IMG/VR virus record: IMGVR_UViG_3300031772_000005 | Source of the DNA: a virus | Taxonomy: Duplodnaviria > Heunggongvirae > Uroviricota > Caudoviricetes | Direction: 5' to 3' (one strand) | Length of the DNA: 35,183 nt | Part shown: positions 10,589-19,437 of the stretch, in pieces | How positions within the stretch are numbered: position 1 is the first letter of the stretch | How the letters are laid out: the number at the start of each line of letters is the position of its first letter | Notes under the pieces: generated by a model | Database searches by the model: none | What the model saw: only the letters and a program-made list of their open reading frames with translations | What the model was told of the DNA's origin: nothing | Program-made: the position numbers and the translations under genes

Positions 10589-11169
10589 AAGTCAAATTCA
10601 TTATATGTTTTAAGCTGGTAGGCTTCTTTATTTTTACGCATTTCTTTAAGAACTGTTCCTTGAAATATCTTACGTATCTTTTTCATAGGATCAACTCTAA
10701 TATAATTCATCCAGTTCTCAGGATATGTTTTAGCTAAAGTTCTTTTAAAATTTCTACACCCTACAAAAGCCCAGCATTCTCTATTTATAAATTTATATTT
10801 AGTAGAATCATTAGTATAAAATATTTTAGCTAGTTTACCATCTGTATCCCAATTAGTATTACTTACTAAAAAACCATATTTATTTGATTTACCAAAATCA
10901 ATATTATTTTTTTTACTAGTTTGACATGTACCAATAAACAGATTACCTAACTCTTCTGGAAATTTTACACCGTCCCTACTATTTATAGCTGTATCATAAA
11001 ACAACTCATTAAATTTTTTAATTATATTTCTTAATTCTTTATTATTTACATCTTTAAACCTGGGATGCTTTTCTTTAAATCTTTTAAAAAAATCATCACT
11101 CATAATATGGTGCACTTTTTCTGTATACCTCGGTGCATTTAAATCTGGTTTGTTAAATACTTTACTCAT
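10585..11169 (-). CDS. IHF/HU-like DNA-binding protein, 194 aa
   Basis: Basic; helix-helix then 'GVKFPEELGNLFIG' strand pattern of the HU/IHF fold; crAss-like phages carry such a gene in the tail module. Confidence 0.65.
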   Translation of the reverse strand: MSKVFNKPDLNAPRYTEKVHHIMSDDFFKRFKEKHPRFKDVNNKELRNIIKKFNELFYDTAINSRDGVKFPEELGNLFIGTCQTSKKNNIDFGKSNKYGFLVSNTNWDTDGKLAKIFYTNDSTKYKFINRECWAFVGCRNFKRTLAKTYPENWMNYIRVDPMKKIRKIFQGTVLKEMRKNKEAYQLKTYNEFDL

Positions 11170-11247
11170 GCTATATAGTTAATATACTAAAAAAAATCAA
11201 GACTAGGAAATTCTAGACTAAGCAAATATACTAATTTACTTAAACAT

Positions 11248-11278
11248 AAAAAATCTCTGGGATTTACGCCCCAGAGAT
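11248..11278 (-). terminator. Intrinsic terminator after the Cys-rich fibre genes
   Basis: Minus strand ATCTCTGGG-GCGTAAAT-CCCAGAGAT (9-bp stem) followed by a T run. Confidence 0.85.
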
Positions 11279-11320
11279 CTTTATTTGTTTGCCACAGAAA
11301 CCAACAAACTGTAACTTCTT

Positions 11321-11983
11321 TTATCCAATAATTGTTATACGTACTGTAAATGATTCTGCAGTAGCAGTGTCTATATAAAAACTAATATTTCCTGTTATAA
11401 CATCTGATGAAACTAATAAAGTTGGTTCATTCATAAGACTTACCCATTTATTTGAAATAGTTTCTAAAAACATAATGTTGTATGTAAAATCTGCTGATTG
11501 AATTGTAGGTGTAGTATTACTACAACCTAAAGTTATTAAACCACATGCTGCAAGATCAATACCAAGAAGAGTCAAGGTTACATTTTCAAGTACAACATTA
11601 TCAAAACTTTGAACATATTTTCTTACACCTGTATTTGAAACTGTATATGTTGTTGTAATACCTACTACAGTTGGTACTACTTCAATACCAATTCCGGCTT
11701 CAACAATTACTATTGGGATATTAGCTATCTCATTACAAAAGTAGTCTACTATATTATTTAATGCTATGTTAATTGGAGTAGTAGGATTTACTACAACAGT
11801 AGAGTCACATATGATAGCTAGATTAGTATATACAATACATTGTGAATCAAATGTTTCTGAACACAATTGTGCTTCAGGACAGTCTACAGGAGTAGGACAT
11901 GGTAGTGGTGATGTTAAGTAACTATCAGTACATCCGCACTTAGTACTATTTCCACAATTATTATTACATTTTGAACAAGACAT
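11321..11983 (-). CDS. Cys-rich virion fibre/accessory protein, 220 aa
   Basis: N-terminal CSKC..C..KCGC and further Cys clusters; shares a Cys domain with the neighbouring 545-aa protein; beta-rich C-terminus. Confidence 0.6.
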   Translation of the reverse strand: MSCSKCNNNCGNSTKCGCTDSYLTSPLPCPTPVDCPEAQLCSETFDSQCIVYTNLAIICDSTVVVNPTTPINIALNNIVDYFCNEIANIPIVIVEAGIGIEVVPTVVGITTTYTVSNTGVRKYVQSFDNVVLENVTLTLLGIDLAACGLITLGCSNTTPTIQSADFTYNIMFLETISNKWVSLMNEPTLLVSSDVITGNISFYIDTATAESFTVRITIIG

Positions 11984-11993
11984 ATTTTATATT

Positions 11994-13631
11994 TTAACAG
12001 ATTATACCAGTAATAGTAGATACAGTACATGGATTAATAAATGAAGTTAATCCATCTATTCTTACACCTAAACCTCCTAGTTCTTCTGCAAGAGTTGAAT
12101 TAACACTAAAAGGATATATTGATGCATCATAAAATAATTCTGTAGGTTGTAAACCTGCAGCTGCGGAATCATATACACTAGTTGCAGCAGAAAATTTAGG
12201 AACATGATCTCCAGCAGTTACAATAGATTGAATATAATTTATAGGTGATGTATTATAGGCTGCTGTACTTCCTGCTACTACACTATCTTCAGCATTAGTT
12301 GAAACTCCCCATTGTAAAACACCATTTGTACCAATATTAAGACTAGTTAAACTTGTTAACATAGTACTTGTAGTTCCTACATCAATAGGTCTAACAGCAA
12401 TTTTCCAACCTAAACCGTATGTTTGATCAAGTGTTTCTCCTACAGATAATATACCTGCTGGTATTACACTTGCTCCTTGATTAAATTCTATATAACCACC
12501 AACTCCAATATTACAACTACCAACTCCTGTAGCTGCTGTGTATGCATAAGGTGCTGCAAAATAACTATCATAACCAGGTGATGATTGATAACCATAAGTT
12601 AAAGCAGCTCCTCCTAATGTTGAAGCTAAAGGAACGGTTAGTAATCCTCTAAAATGTACAACATTACCAATACGTCTACATTGTGGTCTAAATGAAGCTG
12701 AACCTGTTTTTGCCATATCATAAAATGTAAAGCCTTCTAAGTTTATCCAACCTGTATCAATTATTCTTGCTGTTAATAATCCACCTGTGTAAGTTAAATC
12801 AATTGTACTTGTATCAGCAACTGTAAGTGATGCATTATATAAATCACATAAAGCAATCCATATATGATTAAGAGTACTAGCTACAGTACTAGATGTTGGA
12901 TTCCATGATGGATAAGCAACTTGCATTTGTACTCCTGGATTTGCTCTTGACATGTCTGTTCCAGAAATACATTCAGCAGCTATTGATGTAATTAATTCTG
13001 CAGTAGTTCCTGTAGCATCATAAAAATCACACCATACACCATTTATAAAAGCTTCAAGAATTATATCTATTTGTGAACTCCCTGGAGCTAATGTTCCAAT
13101 TTGACAATCAGTAATAAAAGAAGGTAATGTAAAAGTAGGATCTGGAGCATTTTCTAAAATAGTTACTCTAATATCTAAACTAGTTAATGCAGCGTTTATA
13201 AGTACAAGTTCATCAACAATACTACAAATCTTAGCTGCAATCATATTTACATAATCTGTAAGATTCATTGTAGTTTGATTACCTACAACAAAACAATCTG
13301 CTACAGTTACTAAACAATCTGGACATCCAGTAGTATTTTTAATTTCACTTGGGGTAATTCCTTGTAATTCACAAATTTGAGAAATTAAGAATTGAATCAA
13401 TGCTTGAAAGTCATTTGGTCCACAAGCTGTAATACCAAAACATGTAAGATCATAGTTAGCTACATTTAATGTATCTAATATTCCACATAGTTCTGTTGCT
13501 AATGCAAACACTACATCAGACACTGTATTTCCATTACATAGATTGATACATGGAATGTTAGGTCCTGCCCAAATAACACAATTACTTGATATTGGACTAC
13601 AGGGTGCTGTATTTAAATTTGTAGGTTTCAT
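11994..13631 (-). CDS. Tail/head fibre (putative receptor-binding protein), 545 aa
   Basis: Cys-rich N-terminus, heptad coiled coil (IVDELVLINAALTSLDIRVTILE), and 'DTGWINL...RRIGNVVHFRG' motif typical of phage fibre C-terminal domains. Confidence 0.7.
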   Translation of the reverse strand: MKPTNLNTAPCSPISSNCVIWAGPNIPCINLCNGNTVSDVVFALATELCGILDTLNVANYDLTCFGITACGPNDFQALIQFLISQICELQGITPSEIKNTTGCPDCLVTVADCFVVGNQTTMNLTDYVNMIAAKICSIVDELVLINAALTSLDIRVTILENAPDPTFTLPSFITDCQIGTLAPGSSQIDIILEAFINGVWCDFYDATGTTAELITSIAAECISGTDMSRANPGVQMQVAYPSWNPTSSTVASTLNHIWIALCDLYNASLTVADTSTIDLTYTGGLLTARIIDTGWINLEGFTFYDMAKTGSASFRPQCRRIGNVVHFRGLLTVPLASTLGGAALTYGYQSSPGYDSYFAAPYAYTAATGVGSCNIGVGGYIEFNQGASVIPAGILSVGETLDQTYGLGWKIAVRPIDVGTTSTMLTSLTSLNIGTNGVLQWGVSTNAEDSVVAGSTAAYNTSPINYIQSIVTAGDHVPKFSAATSVYDSAAAGLQPTELFYDASIYPFSVNSTLAEELGGLGVRIDGLTSFINPCTVSTITGIIC

Positions 13632-13660
13632 ATTTATGTATATTATTAATATAGTAAAAA

Positions 13661-15808
13661 TTATTGATTATTACAAGTTCCTGATGAACTTGATATGGGT
13701 GTATCACAACATGTACCTGAAGAAACACAAGTATAATCTGGATTAACTAATGTTGCTAAATTTATTAATTCATATTTTAATTCCCATTTTTCTCTATCTT
13801 CTGGACAACATGAAGTTATTCCATATCTTTTTTCTAATGCATTACTATACATTGCATCAGCAAAAGAACATACTATTTCTTCATAATGATCAATAGTACA
13901 TGTAGGTGTATTATATCCGGGTCTTACTGTTCTAACTATTTCTGGTACTACTGGACAATTAAAAGTTTTATCAACATTTGTACAGTCTCCATATATAGTA
14001 TACTCGTATTGATCTTGAGGCATTAACCATTTCTTTACACAAGTTTTTGGTGATATCTCATTAAGTAACATACCACTTCTTGAAGTTTGGATTATACCAT
14101 TACAATCTATCCAACTTAACATGTTACAGTTTACATTATCAATAACCGTGTAAGGGATATTAAATTGTTGATTCTTAGATCCACAAAAAGGTATAGTTAT
14201 TTCATTTTTATGTTGTGGAATATTAATATCATGTATTACACCAAGACAATCTGTATATGTTATAACACCTACAAATAATATAGGAACATTAATATTATAA
14301 TAAACACATGGATTAATTAGTTTTACTGTTTGACATGTACAAGGTAAAACATCTATTAAACATTCATCACAAGTTATATAAGCACCTTTTAAAAATACTA
14401 CAGTAGAACTTGTATGGTTTCTTGTTTCTGAAACTTGCCAGCATGTTTCTGGACACCAATCTAATGTTATTACATCTCCAATATTTGCAGATAAATCTGT
14501 AGTAGTTATAATATCTGGTTCTACTGATGTACAATCAGTAAGAAGATAATAAGTTTGTTCACATGTAGTACAATTAATAAATGAATTAGTGACTACAATT
14601 GCAGTATTACTTGGGGGTTGTAAAAAGAATTCTTCTACATACCAACATCCTGGACAAGCTTGTTCTATAACTTGATTAACATATACTGATAAATCAGTAG
14701 ACGTATACATTACATTTGCTGAGTTAGCGCAGTCTGTTAGTTTATAACTTGTGTATCCCGCACATGTTGCACAATCTACATAAGTAGTTGTAATAACAAT
14801 ATTAATAGCACATGCACAATCTTCTTTAGAGGTAGTTACTGTCCAACAATTGGTATAACCATTAATATGAAATGCAGCTCCTGTACCTAAAAAAGGTAAT
14901 ACTGATTCTGATGTAGTATAAATTGGATCTGCTAAACCATCACAGTCAGTTAATACATAACATGATTGCGGACATAGTTCATCTATGCATGCACCAAAAG
15001 TTGTAACTGTAGATCCATTTAAAGCATCTACAACTGGATATATATCTGAACAAAACTTTAATGGGCCAATAGCATCTACTATTAAATCAGCACTTACATA
15101 TGTAATACTTCCTGTATTTACATAATAACAAGTTGATGCACAACAATCAACTCCCATTGCATTAAATGTAACAACTTGAGGATCAAGACAATTTGAAGAT
15201 ATATTATCATATACTAAAAAACATATATCTGGATACTCTACAAGTGTAATAGATACACCAGTATTTGAATATAAACTTAAATCACTTACACTATTAAAAG
15301 GAATTATACTACCATCACAAGAATATAATGTATAACAAGGAGGGGTAGGACAAGCACCATCTATACAAGCTCCATAATCTAATATATCTCCACCAGTAAA
15401 CCATTGCTTAACACAGTATTTTAAAGATCTATCTCCTGGATTTAATATCTCGGTTAATTGTATATTACCGTTACAATCAATATATCTAAGTTGTGCTGCT
15501 ACAGTAGCTAAATTAATTGCTGTACTACATTGACATGGTGATGCTATACATCCACAATTTGCTGTATCACCACAACCACCTGATACAAGAGTAAATGTAG
15601 CAAGTAAAGGAGCATTAATTAAACCTAAAGGTGGTTGAGCAGGTAAACTAGCTGTGTAACATTGATTAGGAACTAAATCATTACCAAAACTATCTTGTAC
15701 TAAAATACCTGTATAATTATATACACCAGGTACTATACCATTAGTAATAAACTTTAAAGGAAGTGAACCAACACAACAGGGTGTAAGTAAAAGATAGTTA
15801 GCTGCCAT
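13661..15808 (-). CDS. Cys-rich repeat virion protein, 715 aa (start moved to MAANY)
   Basis: The track start at 15889 overlaps a separate small gene; ATG at 15808 lies just after that gene's stop. About 57 Cys by hand count, internal repeats. Confidence 0.75.
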   Translation of the reverse strand: MAANYLLLTPCCVGSLPLKFITNGIVPGVYNYTGILVQDSFGNDLVPNQCYTASLPAQPPLGLINAPLLATFTLVSGGCGDTANCGCIASPCQCSTAINLATVAAQLRYIDCNGNIQLTEILNPGDRSLKYCVKQWFTGGDILDYGACIDGACPTPPCYTLYSCDGSIIPFNSVSDLSLYSNTGVSITLVEYPDICFLVYDNISSNCLDPQVVTFNAMGVDCCASTCYYVNTGSITYVSADLIVDAIGPLKFCSDIYPVVDALNGSTVTTFGACIDELCPQSCYVLTDCDGLADPIYTTSESVLPFLGTGAAFHINGYTNCWTVTTSKEDCACAINIVITTTYVDCATCAGYTSYKLTDCANSANVMYTSTDLSVYVNQVIEQACPGCWYVEEFFLQPPSNTAIVVTNSFINCTTCEQTYYLLTDCTSVEPDIITTTDLSANIGDVITLDWCPETCWQVSETRNHTSSTVVFLKGAYITCDECLIDVLPCTCQTVKLINPCVYYNINVPILFVGVITYTDCLGVIHDINIPQHKNEITIPFCGSKNQQFNIPYTVIDNVNCNMLSWIDCNGIIQTSRSGMLLNEISPKTCVKKWLMPQDQYEYTIYGDCTNVDKTFNCPVVPEIVRTVRPGYNTPTCTIDHYEEIVCSFADAMYSNALEKRYGITSCCPEDREKWELKYELINLATLVNPDYTCVSSGTCCDTPISSSSGTCNNQ

Positions 15809-15809
15809 T

Positions 15810-15989
15810 TTATTTAATTTGATTAGATGGTATTGGTGTAATTTGATTTTGTAATGGTTTAATAATATTTTGATTTTTAGTAATTTCATACTTACCTATA
15901 CAAGATGAGCATGCTGATTTACCATCTGATGTTACTCTTTTTTGACATCCGCAAGAAAGATTTTTTTTACAATTTGAACACTGAGCCAT
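15810..15989 (-). CDS. Small Cys-rich protein, 59 aa (MAQCSNCKKNLSCGCQKRVTSDGKSACSSCIGKYE...)
   Basis: Below the ORF-track cutoff. Fills the gap between two genes, has an A-rich leader (AAAAACCAATAAATATG), stop 1 nt before the next ATG, and six Cys as CxxC, CGC, CxxC. Confidence 0.75.
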   Translation of the reverse strand: MAQCSNCKKNLSCGCQKRVTSDGKSACSSCIGKYEITKNQNIIKPLQNQITPIPSNQIK

Positions 15990-16008
15990 ATTTATTGGTT
16001 TTTAATAG

Positions 16009-16551
16009 TTAACAGTTTTTACAATCTAATTTATTTAATAATTTTAAAGCATAGTTATATAGTGTCATTCCTTTATCCGGTTCTAGACAAAATTCTACTT
16101 TAGCTTTAGCTGCATCTAAATACATTCTTATTAATCTTAATTGTTCTAATTTCTTTTTGATTAAAGCTGGTGGATCACACGCAGCAATATCTACTCTACA
16201 TAATATATTATTATACTTAATAAGAGCTTGAGTAATTCTTAAATGATTATATTCTACAAATACTAAATCATTTGGTGATACACTGTATTTAATTATATAT
16301 ACACCATCTGGTATATTTACATATGATGTACCACAATTAGCAGTTTGTAATTGTAAATCACATGCAGTTAGTATTTTATTAAATCCCGGAATAACATCAA
16401 TTTGATTTGAATAATTAAAACCTGGTACAGTAATATTTAATGTAGCACAAGTTAAAGGTACAATATCTGAATATACACTAGTATCTATTATACTTAAAAT
16501 ACATGCATTCATTACTGTAGGTACTTCTAAACTTAATACATGATTTGCCAT
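16009..16551 (-). CDS. Probable tail hub / fibre-docking protein, 180 aa
   Basis: Beta-sandwich N-terminus ('IPDGVYIIKYSVSPN') plus helical C-terminus; position after the auxiliary capsid-like gene. Confidence 0.5.
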   Translation of the reverse strand: MANHVLSLEVPTVMNACILSIIDTSVYSDIVPLTCATLNITVPGFNYSNQIDVIPGFNKILTACDLQLQTANCGTSYVNIPDGVYIIKYSVSPNDLVFVEYNHLRITQALIKYNNILCRVDIAACDPPALIKKKLEQLRLIRMYLDAAKAKVEFCLEPDKGMTLYNYALKLLNKLDCKNC

Positions 16552-16563
16552 AGTATAAAATAT

Positions 16564-16600
16564 AAAAAAGGGAAAGGAGTTTGAAACCCTCTCCCTTTTT
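16564..16600 (-). terminator. Intrinsic terminator after the 533-aa gene
   Basis: AAAAAGGGAGAGGGTTTCAAACTCCTTTCCCTTTTTT: GC-rich hairpin with G-U pairs and a U tract. Confidence 0.8.
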
Positions 16601-16622
16601 GATTATTAATTATTTAAATATG

Positions 16623-18224
16623 TTATTTCTTTACTGATGGGAAAGGTGTTACTGGAGTACAATCAGTTCCACAAGTAAACTCTTGGAATGCGCATTCAGT
16701 TCCACAACTTTCTAACCAATCATTAACAGCAGTTTCAAGATTTGGAATAGTAGCATTTGTAATAACTTCTAATAAATATCTGTCATTATCAAAAGTACCT
16801 GAAGGATTATTAAATCTTGGAACTACATGTAGTAAGTAGTAACGTGTATATAATGCAGTACGGTCAATTGCAGTAACTAATTGATTACCTTGAGTAATTT
16901 CACGAATTCTAAAATCAGATGCAAGGAAGTTTTGACGGTAAGACTCAGATAAAATCAAGTCACGTAAAACTGATTCACCAAGACCCATTGCTTGATTACC
17001 TTCACATTCTGTTACTACACAAATTCCTTCAAACTCACATGGATCACCGTTAAAATCAACTTCAGATGCATAAAGTTTAACTGGTTGCTTTTCATAAAAA
17101 TCAGATATTTGGAAAGTACAATCTCCAAATTTAGTATCTACATAAGCACCATTCATAATCATTCCTGCACAAGTTCCATCTACATGACCTGGAGATACAT
17201 AATTATCCCAAGTATTTGCACCAACTGCTAGCAAGAAAGCTGCTGAAGTTCCTGGTGCATACCACAATACACCTGCTTCATCTTGTACTATAATTTCTAA
17301 GAAAGATTTAGTTATTGGAGAATTAAGTAAAGCATTAGCCCAAAGAATAAATACTTCAGTTGAATCAACAGCTGTTGGAGCAAGCGCACCTGTAGCACAA
17401 CATCCTGTGTATGCATCAGCAATTAAATAAGCATTGTGATTTAACAAACGTAAAGCAGGAGAACCTTTAATATCTACACGTAATGAATAAGTTTCACCAC
17501 ATAAGAACTCTTTGCAACAATTTGCAGTACCTGCTGCTACACTTACAGTATCAATTGTTACAGTTGCATCACTATTACCACCTACTAATGTAACTACATC
17601 TGCAGCAGTATAACCTTTTCCTGGATTCATTACATCTATAATTGTAGGTACTCCTGCAGCTACAGTTGCAAAATATGTTAAACCTGTTCCTGTACCACCT
17701 GTAGTAGTAAATAAAACTGGAGTAACAGAGTTAGCATAACCTGTTCCATCAATATTATCTGTGTAAGTTAATACAGCTTCACCTGCAGTATAAGATGTTG
17801 AACCAACATTGATAACATTAGTACTAGGTAAACATGGGTCAACTCTATAAAAATCAGAAACATATTTAGGGTTAATCATTTTAGACTTGTTAGTCTCTTG
17901 ATAACCTCCTGCAAAAGGACCAATTTTATCATTAGTATAAATTGCAGAACCAGCAAGATAAGCTGAACAGCAATTAGCTAAATCAGATAATAGATTAGTC
18001 TTAGGATCAAAGAATCCAAAATATCCATTATTGTATGCAGTACCTAAAGCAGGTAATTGATTAAGTGCATAACTAGGAATATTATCCCCTGTAGGTAAAA
18101 CAAAACCAAATGAAGTATCTACATTAGTTAAAATAGTACCATTAAGTAAAGTTACACTTTTATTTGTCAAGGTACTTCCTGTACCTAAAAACGTTTTTTG
18201 AAACGCATGATTAAAATAAGCCAT
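16623..18224 (-). CDS. Abundant structural protein, probably auxiliary capsid protein, 533 aa
   Basis: Own AT-rich leader and own terminator (suggests high expression); beta-rich; syntenic with the auxiliary capsid gene of crAss-like phages. Confidence 0.55.
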   Translation of the reverse strand: MAYFNHAFQKTFLGTGSTLTNKSVTLLNGTILTNVDTSFGFVLPTGDNIPSYALNQLPALGTAYNNGYFGFFDPKTNLLSDLANCCSAYLAGSAIYTNDKIGPFAGGYQETNKSKMINPKYVSDFYRVDPCLPSTNVINVGSTSYTAGEAVLTYTDNIDGTGYANSVTPVLFTTTGGTGTGLTYFATVAAGVPTIIDVMNPGKGYTAADVVTLVGGNSDATVTIDTVSVAAGTANCCKEFLCGETYSLRVDIKGSPALRLLNHNAYLIADAYTGCCATGALAPTAVDSTEVFILWANALLNSPITKSFLEIIVQDEAGVLWYAPGTSAAFLLAVGANTWDNYVSPGHVDGTCAGMIMNGAYVDTKFGDCTFQISDFYEKQPVKLYASEVDFNGDPCEFEGICVVTECEGNQAMGLGESVLRDLILSESYRQNFLASDFRIREITQGNQLVTAIDRTALYTRYYLLHVVPRFNNPSGTFDNDRYLLEVITNATIPNLETAVNDWLESCGTECAFQEFTCGTDCTPVTPFPSVKK

Positions 18225-18286
18225 TTTTTTTAATTTTAATTTATAAACATATAATATAATATAATTAAAATATTTGAATAATCAAA

Positions 18287-18724
18287 TTATTTTAAGAATA
18301 AAAGTTTGTACTTAGTAGAATTTAGAGAATCCTTAACTGTATCTAGAGCATTTACTATTTCTGAATAAGGCATCTTGGATTGTAAACTAGACACCATACT
18401 GTAAATTTCACGGATATATTTTATAGCATCATCTACTGAATTTAATATTGTAGGAGAAGCTTCAGTATAACTTAATAGTTTTTCACTAGCACCTTGATAT
18501 CCTTCAGCTAAGTCATCAGCATGTCCAGGTAAAGCATCATATAAATCATTAAGTGCTTTATGACCAGCATATGAACCTACACCAGTTATTTTAAGATGTA
18601 ATTTATGAAATGATGTACCAGCATTCATTAGTTCTGATACACATGCAGCAGTCATAGAATCTATAGATCCTGTTGATGGTGCTGAATAACTTGCACTTCT
18701 TTTTAGCATTCTTTGAGTTTCCAT
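18287..18724 (-). CDS. Dps/ferritin-like four-helix bundle protein, 145 aa
   Basis: 'FHKLHLKITGVGSYAGHKALNDLYDALPGHADDLAE' matches the Dps-type H...H...DxxAE ferroxidase spacing. Confidence 0.7.
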   Translation of the reverse strand: METQRMLKRSASYSAPSTGSIDSMTAACVSELMNAGTSFHKLHLKITGVGSYAGHKALNDLYDALPGHADDLAEGYQGASEKLLSYTEASPTILNSVDDAIKYIREIYSMVSSLQSKMPYSEIVNALDTVKDSLNSTKYKLLFLK

Positions 18725-18729
18725 TATTT

Positions 18730-19434
18730 TTAATTATTACGTTCTGCTCCCTCTGTACCTCTAGAGAATTGATTTCCTGATTCTATATCTCCAGCAATAA
18801 CACTAGCTGTTTCATCTATTAAGAGTTCTATAATATCATCTTTAAATTCACATTCAACATCTACAGTAGATGCTACACCGGTATAAGGATCTACACAGTT
18901 TAATATTTGAATCTTAACTGGTTGTCTGTAATAAATGAGATTAGCATTACCTATAGTAAATTTATCATTAGTATATAAGTTAACTTGATTATTAATCAAT
19001 GTAGCAAAAGTTTCACCCCACTCAAAATTTGGAGTCTTTGCAAGATCTCTTAATAAGTTATTCACGTTAGCTTCTTCAGCTAGATATACTATCATTCTTT
19101 TATTAGTATCACAACACTCTTCTGTATTAGCAAATATATCTACTCTTTTCCACTGTAAGTAATTAGCCGGTATAGGAGCTGAATATAATATTTCTTTTTT
19201 AGAAATACCTAACGGTTGAGTATTAAGTAGTACTTGTAAGTCATCTATTCTTCTAGTAGAAGCTTCATCACCTTCCTTAACTATATTAATACCGTGTAGT
19301 TGTCTTCTAGCCCATTCAACTTGAACTTTATTAAACCCTTCAACAATTTGCCAACATTCAATGTTGTCATAGTCTTGACTATCTAATTTATTTAGACGTT
19401 GTTTAATCTTTATGGCAAGAGTGCTGTTTAACAT
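18730..19434 (-). CDS. Head-tail ring/adaptor protein, 234 aa
   Basis: 'IKIKQRLNKLDSQDY', 'E.ST.RIDDLQVLL' and 'YYRQP.KI' patterns of crAss-like ring proteins; synteny. Confidence 0.6.
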   Translation of the reverse strand: MLNSTLAIKIKQRLNKLDSQDYDNIECWQIVEGFNKVQVEWARRQLHGINIVKEGDEASTRRIDDLQVLLNTQPLGISKKEILYSAPIPANYLQWKRVDIFANTEECCDTNKRMIVYLAEEANVNNLLRDLAKTPNFEWGETFATLINNQVNLYTNDKFTIGNANLIYYRQPVKIQILNCVDPYTGVASTVDVECEFKDDIIELLIDETASVIAGDIESGNQFSRGTEGAERNN

Positions 19435-19437
19435 TAT

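Noticed and set aside
11321-15808. Diversity-generating retroelement target in the fibre genes
   Set aside because: No near-identical template/variable repeat pair or reverse transcriptase seen in this window; a template elsewhere cannot be excluded.
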